Origin: Myxococcota bacterium | Lineage (GTDB): Bacteria; Myxococcota; JACRCW01 | Assembly (NCBI GenBank): GCA_040752415.1 | Contig: JBFMGU010000005.1 | Coordinates: 2,988 to 66,987 of the forward strand | Direction: 5' to 3' | Length of the DNA stretch: 64,000 nucleotides | Shown here: positions 25,129 through 34,154 of the stretch, piece by piece | How the letters are laid out: every line of letters begins with the position of its first letter | How positions within the stretch are numbered: the first letter of the stretch is position 1 | Notes under the pieces: model-generated | The model's database searches: none | The model's input: the letters and a program-made list of their open reading frames with translations, nothing else | What the model was told of the DNA's origin: nothing | Program-made: the position numbers and the translations under genes

Positions 25129-26019
25129 ATGACCGACTCCATCCATCTCACGGCGGGAATCGACGCGGGCTCCAGCTCCATCAAGGTGGCCATTGTGCGG
25201 AGCAGCGCGGGAGAGCGCGCGGAGATCCTCACCACCGCCATCCAGCGCATCCGTCGTCGGAACGTGGGCGACGTGGCGCGCGCAACGTATGAGCAGGCAT
25301 GTGTCCAGGCGGGCGTGGATCCCTCCACGTTTGACTACGTGGCCAGCACCGGCGACGGCGACGCCATCCACTTTGGCACCGGTCACTTCTACGGCATGAC
25401 CACCCACGCACGTGGTGCACTGGTGCTGGATCCCTCGGCACGCTCGGCGTTGGACATCGGCGCGCTGCACGCCCGGGCCATCAAGCTCGACGAGCGTGGC
25501 CGCGTCCTGGCCCACCGCATGACCAGCCAGTGCGCCAGTGGCAGCGGGCAGTTCGTCGAGAACATTGCGCGCTACCTGGGTGTTCCGTTGGAGGACGTGG
25601 GCACGCTGAGCCTGCAGGCCTCCCGCCCGGAGGAGGTGTCCAGCATCTGCGCCGTGCTCGCGGAGACCGACGTCATCAACATGGTGAGCCGCGGCATCAC
25701 CACGCCGGACATCCTCAAGGGCATCCACCTCAGCATCGCGGGACGGCTCGCCCGCCTGTTGCGCGCCATTGGCTCCGAGGGCGTGGTGCTTCTCACCGGC
25801 GGTCTCGCCAAGGACCAGGGCCTGGTGGCGGCGTTGAATGAGGCGCTGGCGTCGGACAGCGGGAAGAAGGGCGCAAAGGCGCCGCCGCTGGAGGTGCGCA
25901 CGCACGAGCTCGCCCCGCTGGCGGGAGCCATTGGCGCCGCGGCGTTGGGCGCGTTCCGGTGTGAGCAGCTCAAGCGCAGTGGACGTTGGGATTCGCTCCG
26001 GCCGGCGGCTGGGGCCTGA
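25129..26019 (+). CDS. bcrD: Class I benzoyl-CoA reductase subunit D (ASKHA ATPase)
   Basis: GHFYGMTTHARG, DIGALH, MTSQCASGSGQF, SSICAVLAETDVINMVSR. Confidence 0.95.
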   Translation: MTDSIHLTAGIDAGSSSIKVAIVRSSAGERAEILTTAIQRIRRRNVGDVARATYEQACVQAGVDPSTFDYVASTGDGDAIHFGTGHFYGMTTHARGALVLDPSARSALDIGALHARAIKLDERGRVLAHRMTSQCASGSGQFVENIARYLGVPLEDVGTLSLQASRPEEVSSICAVLAETDVINMVSRGITTPDILKGIHLSIAGRLARLLRAIGSEGVVLLTGGLAKDQGLVAALNEALASDSGKKGAKAPPLEVRTHELAPLAGAIGAAALGAFRCEQLKRSGRWDSLRPAAGA

Positions 26020-26039
26020 CGACGAGGAAGGACACACGC

Positions 26040-26486
26040 ATGAAGATCACCGACGCATTGCTCGGCGAGCACGGCGCCCTGTACCCGATGATGGACAACG
26101 TGGAAGCAACGCTGAAGCGCGCCACGACGATGGAGGAGTGCCAGGCCGCCATTGGCCCGTTGCTCTCCGCGCTGATCTCACACGCCAAGCTGGAGGACGC
26201 GCTGCTCTTCCCGGCCATTGAAGAGGGAATCGGCCCTGACGGTCCGCTCGCCGTCATGCACGCGGAGCACGAACGGATCGAGGAGCTCTTTGACCGTGCG
26301 ATGCACGCTCGCAGCGCCGCGGAGGCGCGCGACTACATGGCGGACGCGCTGGAGCTGACGCGGGAGCACTTCGGGAAGGAGGAGCGCGTCCTGTTCAGCA
26401 TCGCGCAGCGTGTGATCCCGGCGGAACGCCTCCAACAGCTCGGCGACGACTGGGCGGAGTCCCGCCGGGTCTCACTGGCGATGTGA
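26040..26486 (+). CDS. Hemerythrin/HHE cation-binding domain protein
   Basis: EH...HAKLEDALLFP...MHAEHE...EHFGKEERVLF. Confidence 0.88.
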   Translation: MKITDALLGEHGALYPMMDNVEATLKRATTMEECQAAIGPLLSALISHAKLEDALLFPAIEEGIGPDGPLAVMHAEHERIEELFDRAMHARSAAEARDYMADALELTREHFGKEERVLFSIAQRVIPAERLQQLGDDWAESRRVSLAM

Positions 26487-26488
26487 CG

Positions 26489-28987
26489 TCACTGCGCGGG
26501 TTCCATCACCCAACGCGCAATACCGTGACACGGCCGACCACCCGCGCCCGTGAACGGCCCGCCCACCCAGAGCGAGTCTCCGCTGACCACGAGCGACTCG
26601 GCGAGATCGTTCAATCCCTCGTCGAGGGCGTGCCAATTGGCGCCGTCCCAGTAGGCCACGAAGCTCGCGGGCACGCTGCCTGCCTGGTCGAAGATGCCGG
26701 TGACGAACGCGCCGCCGCGGTACTCATACGCCGACGTCACCAACACCAGGCCGCCATTCGCCGAGGAGACACCGCCTCCCAGGTTGTGCCACGCCGCGCC
26801 GTCCCACACCGCCATGCCCGGCAGGGACTGCCCGTCGATCTCGTCGAAGCTGCCGCCCACCAGGAGCTCGCCGCCAATCAACGCCAGCGTCGAGGCGTAG
26901 TCGTATTCCGCGCCGTTGAGACCGCTGCCAACCTGCTCCCACTGGCCGCCCTTCCACTCCGCCACGCCACGCACCGTGCGCGCGCCCGAGCTCTGGAAGA
27001 GGCCGCCGGCGAACAGCGCACCATCTGACTTCACCAACAACGACGTCACCCGACCGTCAAACCCGTCGTGCATGGCAACCAGCGTGTCATTCTCCAGTCG
27101 GGCCACGCGGTTGAGCCCGGTGGCTCCCGCGGCCAGGAAGTCGCCGCCCACGTAGATCGTCCCGTCGGGACCTTCGGCCAGCGCGGTCACCTGTCCGTCG
27201 AGGAGCGCGCCCACGGCCTCCCACGCACCCGCGCGGTACCGCGCCAGGAAGGACACCTGCGCGTCGCCTGACTCGTAGAACTCGCCACCGGCGTAGATGT
27301 CGCCGTTGGCGGCGCGGAGGATGGCGCGCACCGTGCTGTTGAGCCCGTCGGCCAGAGGCTCCCACGTGCCATCCGCCCGACGGTGCGCAATGTTCGTGGC
27401 CCGCACCCCCGCCACGCCATTGAACCAACCGCCCACGAGCAGACCACCCTCGCGGTCCGGCGCCACCACGTTGAGCAGACCGTTGACGCCGTTGAACTCC
27501 TGGGCGGCCGCCTTCACCGGCTCGAACGAGGCGCCACCCCAGCGCACCAGGTTCTGCACGGGAATGCCATCCGCCTCGGAGAAGATGCCCCCAATCCACG
27601 CCGTTCCGTCGGGCTCTGGGAGCACCGCGTGCGCGCCAATCACCTCGCCCAGGAAGAAGCCCAGGCGGTTCGCCAGGCCGGTGCCCATGGTCTGCCACGC
27701 GTTGTTCTCGCGGTAGGCCACGTAGGGTGACAGCACGACGTCACCGCCCTCCCCGACGGAAGCAAAGCATCCACCCACATAGGCGCGGCCCGCACCGTCA
27801 AACTCCAACGCGCGCACCACGTTGATGAATCCACCGTCGACACCGCCGGCCCACGGCACCCAGACATTGTTCTCCAGGCGCGCCAATCCCACGCGGTAGA
27901 TGCCGGCGTTCGGGTCGAGCATGAACACGAAGTAACCGCCGGCGTAGTACGCCCCGTCGGGGCCTTGGCGCAGGACGCGCACTTCCCCGGGCAGGCCCTG
28001 GGGCGGGTCATTCTCCGTCTGCGGCGGGGGCGGTCCCAGCGACGTCCATGTCTGACCATTGAGACACGCCACGTTGTTCGCGGTGACGCCGTCAATGGAC
28101 TCGAACATACCTCCCACGCAGATGTCGCCGCCGGTGTTGCGGAGAAGCGAGTTGCCGATGATGGGCTGTCCTCGTGCCAGCGGAACCCAGATTCCCTCGT
28201 CGAGAACGGCCACGCCCGCGGCGGTGCCACCATCAATGGCCTCGAATGCGCCGGTGACGTAGAGGCGGTTCCCGTCGAAGAGCAGGGAGCGGATGGAGAC
28301 GGGCCAGTCGGTCATGGTGAACTCGCCGGGGAGGTACGTCCACGTCGAGCCATCCCACTTGGCCACCGCGGTACCGGTCAGGCCGTCCACCACCAGCTCA
28401 CCGCCCGCGTACAGCGCTCCGTCGGGGCCCAACGCCAGCGACATCACCATGCCGTCCAGCCCGTCACCCAGCGCGTGCCACTGGTCACCATCCCACCGCG
28501 CCACGTTCAACGCGGGCGCGCCGTTGACGGCGGTGAAGAGCCCGCCCACGTAGATGTCGCCGTTGTCGCCCTTCACAATCGTGGTGACCCGCGCGCCGTC
28601 CCCGCCGAATCCGGGGATGATCATCGTGCTGTCCCACTCGCCCTGCGTCGGCTCGAACACTCCGGCGTCGGGCGCGGTCAGTCCTCCGTCGGAGCCGGTG
28701 CCCCCGTCGTCACCACCCGCGCCGCCGTCGGCATCGCCCGCGCCCGCGTCGTCACCACCCGCTCCGCCGTCGTCATTCCCCACGCCACCGTCGTCGACCA
28801 CGGTACCGCCGTCGGATTCGCCAACGGTTCCGCCATCGTCATGGACGTGCCCTCCGGCGTCCTGTGCCGCGCTGCCGGAGGAGGAGCTCGTGCTGCTGCT
28901 CGTTCCCCCGGGGCCGGGGATGGGACAACCAAGCGTTGCTGCGCACATCAACAGGAGTGTCGTGGGAACCGCGTTCCGAGCGGCCAT
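26489..28987 (-). CDS. Large surface lipoprotein with repeated beta-propeller blades (YVGGxF...ARWDG repeats) and a DGG low-complexity linker
   Basis: Lipobox-like TLGC; more than ten repeats of roughly 50 aa; acidic Gly-rich linker. Confidence 0.8.
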   Translation of the reverse strand: MAARNAVPTTLLLMCAATLGCPIPGPGGTSSSTSSSSGSAAQDAGGHVHDDGGTVGESDGGTVVDDGGVGNDDGGAGGDDAGAGDADGGAGGDDGGTGSDGGLTAPDAGVFEPTQGEWDSTMIIPGFGGDGARVTTIVKGDNGDIYVGGLFTAVNGAPALNVARWDGDQWHALGDGLDGMVMSLALGPDGALYAGGELVVDGLTGTAVAKWDGSTWTYLPGEFTMTDWPVSIRSLLFDGNRLYVTGAFEAIDGGTAAGVAVLDEGIWVPLARGQPIIGNSLLRNTGGDICVGGMFESIDGVTANNVACLNGQTWTSLGPPPPQTENDPPQGLPGEVRVLRQGPDGAYYAGGYFVFMLDPNAGIYRVGLARLENNVWVPWAGGVDGGFINVVRALEFDGAGRAYVGGCFASVGEGGDVVLSPYVAYRENNAWQTMGTGLANRLGFFLGEVIGAHAVLPEPDGTAWIGGIFSEADGIPVQNLVRWGGASFEPVKAAAQEFNGVNGLLNVVAPDREGGLLVGGWFNGVAGVRATNIAHRRADGTWEPLADGLNSTVRAILRAANGDIYAGGEFYESGDAQVSFLARYRAGAWEAVGALLDGQVTALAEGPDGTIYVGGDFLAAGATGLNRVARLENDTLVAMHDGFDGRVTSLLVKSDGALFAGGLFQSSGARTVRGVAEWKGGQWEQVGSGLNGAEYDYASTLALIGGELLVGGSFDEIDGQSLPGMAVWDGAAWHNLGGGVSSANGGLVLVTSAYEYRGGAFVTGIFDQAGSVPASFVAYWDGANWHALDEGLNDLAESLVVSGDSLWVGGPFTGAGGRPCHGIARWVMEPAQ

Positions 28988-29111
28988 CGCAAAATCCCGA
29001 ATCTCCCCCGCGAGAGGGCGCGCTCATGTGCACCCGCCGTGCCGCGGAAAGTGACGACGAGACCCCGCGCTCGGCCGTGCGGCGCAGCCTGACGCACGCG
29101 CCAGCGCACAC

Positions 29112-29855
29112 TCAGTTTTCTGACGGGGCCAAACGCGGACGAGGACGGGAGCGCTCGCTGGGCAGCTCCTTCTCTCGGGTTAGCCACAGGGTGGCGACCA
29201 CCATCAGCACGGAGGCCAGCATCCACAACCCTGCCCAGAACGTCTCCGAGATGAGCAGGAGCTTCTCCATGTTGGCGGCGTCGGAGTGCGTCCCTTCCTC
29301 GAGGTGAAACAGGACGCGGATGTCAAAGAGCGCGTTGAGGGCCACCTGCACGCCCAGGAACGTGAGGATGAAATGCGAGACCGGTCCGCGCACGTGTCTG
29401 CCCATCAGCACCAACGCGCCCCCAAGCAGGATCACCACGCCAATCCCGAACAGGTTGCGCATCCAGATGACGACGCTGAGGAGCATGGCCACGCCCAGCG
29501 CGTAGATGATGGCGTGACTGAAGCGGTGCAGGCGCGTGGCGGCCAGGAGGATGCAGCCGAAGATGCTGGCCCCCATGTAGCCGGCGCTGCTCACCACGGC
29601 GCGCGCCAGGATGGACGAGGGCAACCGGGACCGGGTGAGCCCTTCGGTGTTGGGCTCAATGGACATGGAGACCACGTCGCCGCCGACGAGGATGGCCGCC
29701 AACGCGTGACCGGATTCGTGGACCCACGTGGTGAACAGCTTGAAGGGGTAGAGGACGTACTTGCCCCACGGCGTCATGGAGAGCGCCAGGGAGAGCGCCA
29801 CGGCCAACAGCAGCCAGAGCGCGCGCTTGCGGGCGGCCTCGGTTTCCGTCGTCAT
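29112..29855 (-). CDS. M50B-like intramembrane metallopeptidase
   Basis: HESGH, SAGY, HSDA motifs; about 6 TM helices. Confidence 0.85.
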   Translation of the reverse strand: MTTETEAARKRALWLLLAVALSLALSMTPWGKYVLYPFKLFTTWVHESGHALAAILVGGDVVSMSIEPNTEGLTRSRLPSSILARAVVSSAGYMGASIFGCILLAATRLHRFSHAIIYALGVAMLLSVVIWMRNLFGIGVVILLGGALVLMGRHVRGPVSHFILTFLGVQVALNALFDIRVLFHLEEGTHSDAANMEKLLLISETFWAGLWMLASVLMVVATLWLTREKELPSERSRPRPRLAPSEN

Positions 29856-31912
29856 GGGCCCCCCATGTTGACCGGCTCCCGACGCACGGGAATCTCCACC
29901 ACCTCGTTCCCGCGACGGACCTTGAGCCACACCGTGCTCCCGGACTCGCCGCGGATGTTGCTCACGGCCTCCTGCACGCTCTTGCCGCTGAGGTCTTCTC
30001 CGTCGGCGGAGAGGACGACGTCTCCGGCCTTGAGCCCCGCGCGCGCGCCGGCTCCTTCGTCCATGAGCGACTCCACCACCACCTTGCCGTGATCCCCCTT
30101 CAACCGTGCGCCAACGCCACCAAAGCCCTGCCGCCCTTCAATCTCCCGACGGCTCCCGGGGATGAGCACCACGTCGCCCACGTCGACGGGCGCGCCATGG
30201 GGATCAATGTTCCCGGCGTTGATCCGCTTCTCGAAGAACCCGGGGTGCGAGACGTTCAACCAGTTCCCTCCCGACGGCACACGGATGGTGAACCGCCCAT
30301 CCACGCCGGTGACCGCGGATTCCGCGCCCCGCGCGAAGCGGGAGATCACCGCGCCAAGGACGGGGTTCTGGTCGGCGCGCGAGACCACGCGCCCGGTCAC
30401 CACGCCGGAGCTGCGCAGCTTGATCTCGCCCACGTCCACGCTGGCCTTGCCCAGCACGTCGCCCTGCCCGCGACCCATCCGGCCATCCACGGTGGTGACC
30501 TCCACCTCGTAGCGCCCACGACGGAAGGGTCCCAGGGAAAAACGCCCGTCGGCGTCCACCACATCCCGCGCCTTGTCCATCCCGCGCCGCACCATCCCGC
30601 CCTGCGGGTTCTTGGGTCCCACGTCACGCGCGAACTCCGCCCTCACGTGGAACGCGGTCACTGGCGCCCCCGCCTCGTCCACCACGCGTCCCTCGATCAT
30701 CGCGGAGGCCGACAGCTGCAGGATGAGCGCGGTGTTGCCCGGCCGCACGTCGTCCATCACGGCCTCCAGGTCACCCAGGCGCGCGGTGACGTCGTAGTGA
30801 TGCTCGTTGGGAACGTCCTCGAACAGGAAGCGTCCGTCGTCACCGGTGGTCACGCTGGCCCACACCGCCTCCCCGCCCTGCCACTCCGGGGCCAGCTCCA
30901 CCCGCGCGCCGGCCACCATCATCCCGTCGTCATCCATCACCAGCCCGCCAATGGCCGCGCCGCCCTTCTCCAGCGTGATCCGCACGCCCGTCTCGTGCGC
31001 GCCCCGACGGAGACGCACCGTGCCGCTCTTGCCATGCCGTCCGCCCCGCACCGCGTGGATCACCACGTTCCCGTCGGTGGCCAGCCCGCCCACCTCGAAG
31101 GTCCCGTCGCTGCCCGTGGTGGCATTGCCCAGGCGCACGCCGTCGTCGGACTCCACCCAGACCGAGGCACCCGGCGCCGCCGCCCCGTCCGCCTCCGTCA
31201 CGCTCCCCGCCACGCTGGACGCCGGTCCCAACGTCAGCGTCACCGTCTGGTGGCCCTTCTCCGGCAGCGCCACCTCCGCGCTCGCGGCCTCGCGTCCGTC
31301 GGGGGAGCGCGCGTTCACCTGGTAGGCGCCGCGCTCGATCCCCGTGAGCCGCAGCTCACCGCGTGCGTCGGTGGTGCCACTGCGCGGCGGATTGGGCGGG
31401 CTCAGCTCCACGCGCGCGCCCGGCACGCGGGTGCCGTTGGGACGCACCACCACCAGGCGCAGCAGCGTCGTGGGCTCCAGCCGCAGCGTGATCTCCTCGC
31501 CCGCCGGCAGGTCCATCTCCGTCGCCAGGTAGCCGTCCGCGCTCGCGTGCACGCGGCCCCGCTCCGCCACGCCTTCCACCACGAACCGCCCGTTCCCGTC
31601 GGAGTGCCCCTCCGCGCCGCCCACCCGGATCCGCGCCTCGGGCACGCCCGCCCCGGTGACGGCGTCACGCACCACCCCCTTGAGCGTCCTGGCGCTCCGC
31701 ACCGACGACGTGGGCTCGTCCCACTCAGGCTCCGGGACGGGCGCGGCGCGCGGCGGTGGCGTCGGAGCCGGGGCCGTTGCCACGGGTGTGGATGCGCCCG
31801 CCTGCGGGTCGTTGCCCAGCCACAGCTCGGCCACCACCACCAGCCCCAGCAGCACGGAGGCCAGCAGCAGCACCCAGCGCATGGGACCCAGGGAGCTTGA
31901 GGCGTGGTTCAT
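29852..31912 (-). CDS. Membrane-anchored protein with tandem carboxypeptidase-regulatory-like domains and a C-terminal PDZ domain
   Basis: Repeated GxVxD...GAxV...TDxxGRF units; FGGVGARL...AGLKAGDVV PDZ. Confidence 0.85.
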   Translation of the reverse strand: MNHASSSLGPMRWVLLLASVLLGLVVVAELWLGNDPQAGASTPVATAPAPTPPPRAAPVPEPEWDEPTSSVRSARTLKGVVRDAVTGAGVPEARIRVGGAEGHSDGNGRFVVEGVAERGRVHASADGYLATEMDLPAGEEITLRLEPTTLLRLVVVRPNGTRVPGARVELSPPNPPRSGTTDARGELRLTGIERGAYQVNARSPDGREAASAEVALPEKGHQTVTLTLGPASSVAGSVTEADGAAAPGASVWVESDDGVRLGNATTGSDGTFEVGGLATDGNVVIHAVRGGRHGKSGTVRLRRGAHETGVRITLEKGGAAIGGLVMDDDGMMVAGARVELAPEWQGGEAVWASVTTGDDGRFLFEDVPNEHHYDVTARLGDLEAVMDDVRPGNTALILQLSASAMIEGRVVDEAGAPVTAFHVRAEFARDVGPKNPQGGMVRRGMDKARDVVDADGRFSLGPFRRGRYEVEVTTVDGRMGRGQGDVLGKASVDVGEIKLRSSGVVTGRVVSRADQNPVLGAVISRFARGAESAVTGVDGRFTIRVPSGGNWLNVSHPGFFEKRINAGNIDPHGAPVDVGDVVLIPGSRREIEGRQGFGGVGARLKGDHGKVVVESLMDEGAGARAGLKAGDVVLSADGEDLSGKSVQEAVSNIRGESGSTVWLKVRRGNEVVEIPVRREPVNMGGP

Positions 31913-32175
31913 GGAGGACGTGAGGCCTGGAAGAGGGGAGATCGACCTCACCAAGTACGCATCGGTTGGCCCCCAGGCAATCGCCCGGGGAAGGGTGTGG
32001 CCCGCCTGCCGCAAGCGCCACCAGGCACGCAAGCGCTCACACCGCATGATTGACCGCTTGCAGAAAGGCACGCCCCATCAGTATCCGTCCCGCTACCGGG
32101 AAGTCGGCGGGGCGTTACACCCGCCAGCACGGGGCGCAGAGCCGACCTTCCCCAAGGTGCCAGACGGAGCCGCGG

Positions 32176-32505
32176 ATGAAGTCAGTCTCTATCATCGGGG
32201 TGTTCGACAGCGCCGACGTTGCCAGCCAGGCAGCCAAGGCCCTCAACCAGTGGTTCGGCTGGATCATGGAAGGCCGGGGCGAGGAGATGCCGCCGGTCTT
32301 CGAGGACTTCGGCCTGGATTCCGAGGAGTGGGTGCTGGACCGTGACGCTGACACGGACTGGGAGGAGACCCCCACCGCGCGCGCCAAGGGCACCACGCTC
32401 CGCGTGCAGGCCTGGACCAACGAGACGTCGGAGATGCTCGAGGGCCTCCTGGAGAGCATGGGCGCCTACGAGGTCGAGGTGGAAGAGGACGAGGAAGAGG
32501 AGTGA
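32176..32505 (+). CDS. Acidic hypothetical protein
   Basis: 109-aa ORF with GGAG RBS and host-like codon bias. Confidence 0.7.
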   Translation: MKSVSIIGVFDSADVASQAAKALNQWFGWIMEGRGEEMPPVFEDFGLDSEEWVLDRDADTDWEETPTARAKGTTLRVQAWTNETSEMLEGLLESMGAYEVEVEEDEEEE

Positions 32506-32534
32506 GCCTTGCGGCACGTGACGGCGGCGCGCTT

Positions 32535-32563
32535 TTGACAGCCGCCCCGCCTGTGCTAGCGCT
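32535..32563 (+). promoter_or_regulatory. Candidate sigma70 promoter
   Basis: TTGACA at 32535-32540, then TGcTAGCGC extended -10-like element about 16 bp downstream. Confidence 0.4.
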
Positions 32564-32643
32564 GCGCTCCTTTTCTGCGTCCTGACGCAACGCCCCGCCA
32601 TGGCCACCGCGGCGGGCGCTGCCAACGTCACCCCGGAGATCCC

Positions 32644-33753
32644 ATGAGACGAGTGTCTGCCGCCGCCGCCTGCTTCCTTCTGCTGCTCGGCTGCAAGAAG
32701 GAGGAGGCCAAGCCCGCTGCCACCACGCCCGCCGCCCAGCCGGCCCAGCCGGCCCAGCCCGCCGAGCCCGCGCAGCCTGCCCAGCCCGCGCAGCCCACCG
32801 CCGCCGCGCCGGGGAAGAAGGAGTCGGATGACGCGTGCGTGGGCCCGCTGACCCAGAACGTGAAGGCCACGGTGGAGGTGGGCGGCGTCACCTATGAGCG
32901 CGACGGCGCCATCCTCAGGCGCACCGCCGCGGACCCGGATGACCAGTTCGTCTTCGGCGTCATCTCCGACATCAAGGAGGACGCGCCGGAGAACCTGGCC
33001 AACATCAAGGCCGCCACCGCGTTCTTCGCCGAGAACAAGGCGGACGCCATCCTCTTCCTGGGCGACAGCAGCGAGACCCAGGCCGGTGTCACCAAGGTGC
33101 TCTCCACCCTCGCGGAGAGTGGCCTGCCGGTGTTCGCCATCGTCGGCAACCGCGAGTGCAAGAGCCACTGGGTGGCCGGCATGGCCGAGGCGCAGAAGAC
33201 CCACAAGAACCTGTTCGACTTCACCCAGATCCGCCTCTTCAACGCGGATGACGTCTCGGTGATCAGCATCCCGGGCTACCACAACCCCACCTACCTGCAC
33301 TGCCCGGAAGGCTGCCGCTACTTCCCCTCCGACGTGGAGGCCACCGCGGCGCTGGTCAAGCAGGCCACCGGCACGCCCGTGCTCATCAGCCACGGTCCGC
33401 CCCGCCAGGAAGGCGCCACCGCCATTGACCGCATCCACGACGAGGCCAACGTGGGTGACCCCGCGCTCGCCGAGTTCATCCAGAAGAACAACATCCCGTT
33501 CGGCGCGTTCGGCAACATCGCGGAGGCGGGCGGCAAGGCCACCGACCTCGCCGGCAAGACGGTGATTGCGCCGGACACGCTGGCCAACAGCCTGTACCTG
33601 AACCCCGGCCCCGCCGACGCCATCCAGTGGCAGATGCTCGACGGCACCACCGCGCAGGGCATGGCCGCGGTGCTGACCATCAAGGGCAAGCAGGCGTCCT
33701 ACAAGACCAAGCGCTTTGGCGCGCCCGCGCCGGCGGCGGCACCCAAGAAGTGA
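32644..33753 (+). CDS. Calcineurin-like metallophosphoesterase-fold lipoprotein (degenerate motifs) with AQP-repeat linker
   Basis: LLGC lipobox; SDIK / LGDS / GNRE / SHGPP / GNIAE / LNPG motif series. Confidence 0.8.
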   Translation: MRRVSAAAACFLLLLGCKKEEAKPAATTPAAQPAQPAQPAEPAQPAQPAQPTAAAPGKKESDDACVGPLTQNVKATVEVGGVTYERDGAILRRTAADPDDQFVFGVISDIKEDAPENLANIKAATAFFAENKADAILFLGDSSETQAGVTKVLSTLAESGLPVFAIVGNRECKSHWVAGMAEAQKTHKNLFDFTQIRLFNADDVSVISIPGYHNPTYLHCPEGCRYFPSDVEATAALVKQATGTPVLISHGPPRQEGATAIDRIHDEANVGDPALAEFIQKNNIPFGAFGNIAEAGGKATDLAGKTVIAPDTLANSLYLNPGPADAIQWQMLDGTTAQGMAAVLTIKGKQASYKTKRFGAPAPAAAPKK

Positions 33754-33781
33754 TCACCACGCGCACCCGGGGGCGGCGCTC

Positions 33782-34078
33782 ATGTCCGACGCGTTCCTGA
33801 TCGCCGCGCTCTGGGGTGCCAGCGTCCTCTTCTCCGTCACCATCAGCCAGGACATGGCCAAGCGCCGCAAGCGGGACGCGGAGCTGTGGCTTCTCCTCGC
33901 CGCGTTCATCGGCCCGGTCGCCCCGGCGGTCCTCTACTACCTGGGAGAGGCCCAGCCGGCGTCGCGGGAGCAGCAGGTGAAGACGGCGCGGATGGCGTCG
34001 CTGGTCTCCACCGTGTTGGCGCTGGCGCTGGTGCTTCTCCTCGTGGTGCCCATGTTCCGGTACTGTTTCCGGATCTGA
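33782..34078 (+). CDS. Small membrane protein (about 3 TM)
   Basis: Hydrophobic 98-aa ORF downstream of the phosphoesterase. Confidence 0.65.
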   Translation: MSDAFLIAALWGASVLFSVTISQDMAKRRKRDAELWLLLAAFIGPVAPAVLYYLGEAQPASREQQVKTARMASLVSTVLALALVLLLVVPMFRYCFRI

Positions 34079-34154
34079 GTCGGCGCGGCTTGGAGTAGAT
34101 TCCCCGGCCGCCGGCGCGCGCTTCCTCCTCGTGCACGGCCAGAGGCCAGCCGCC

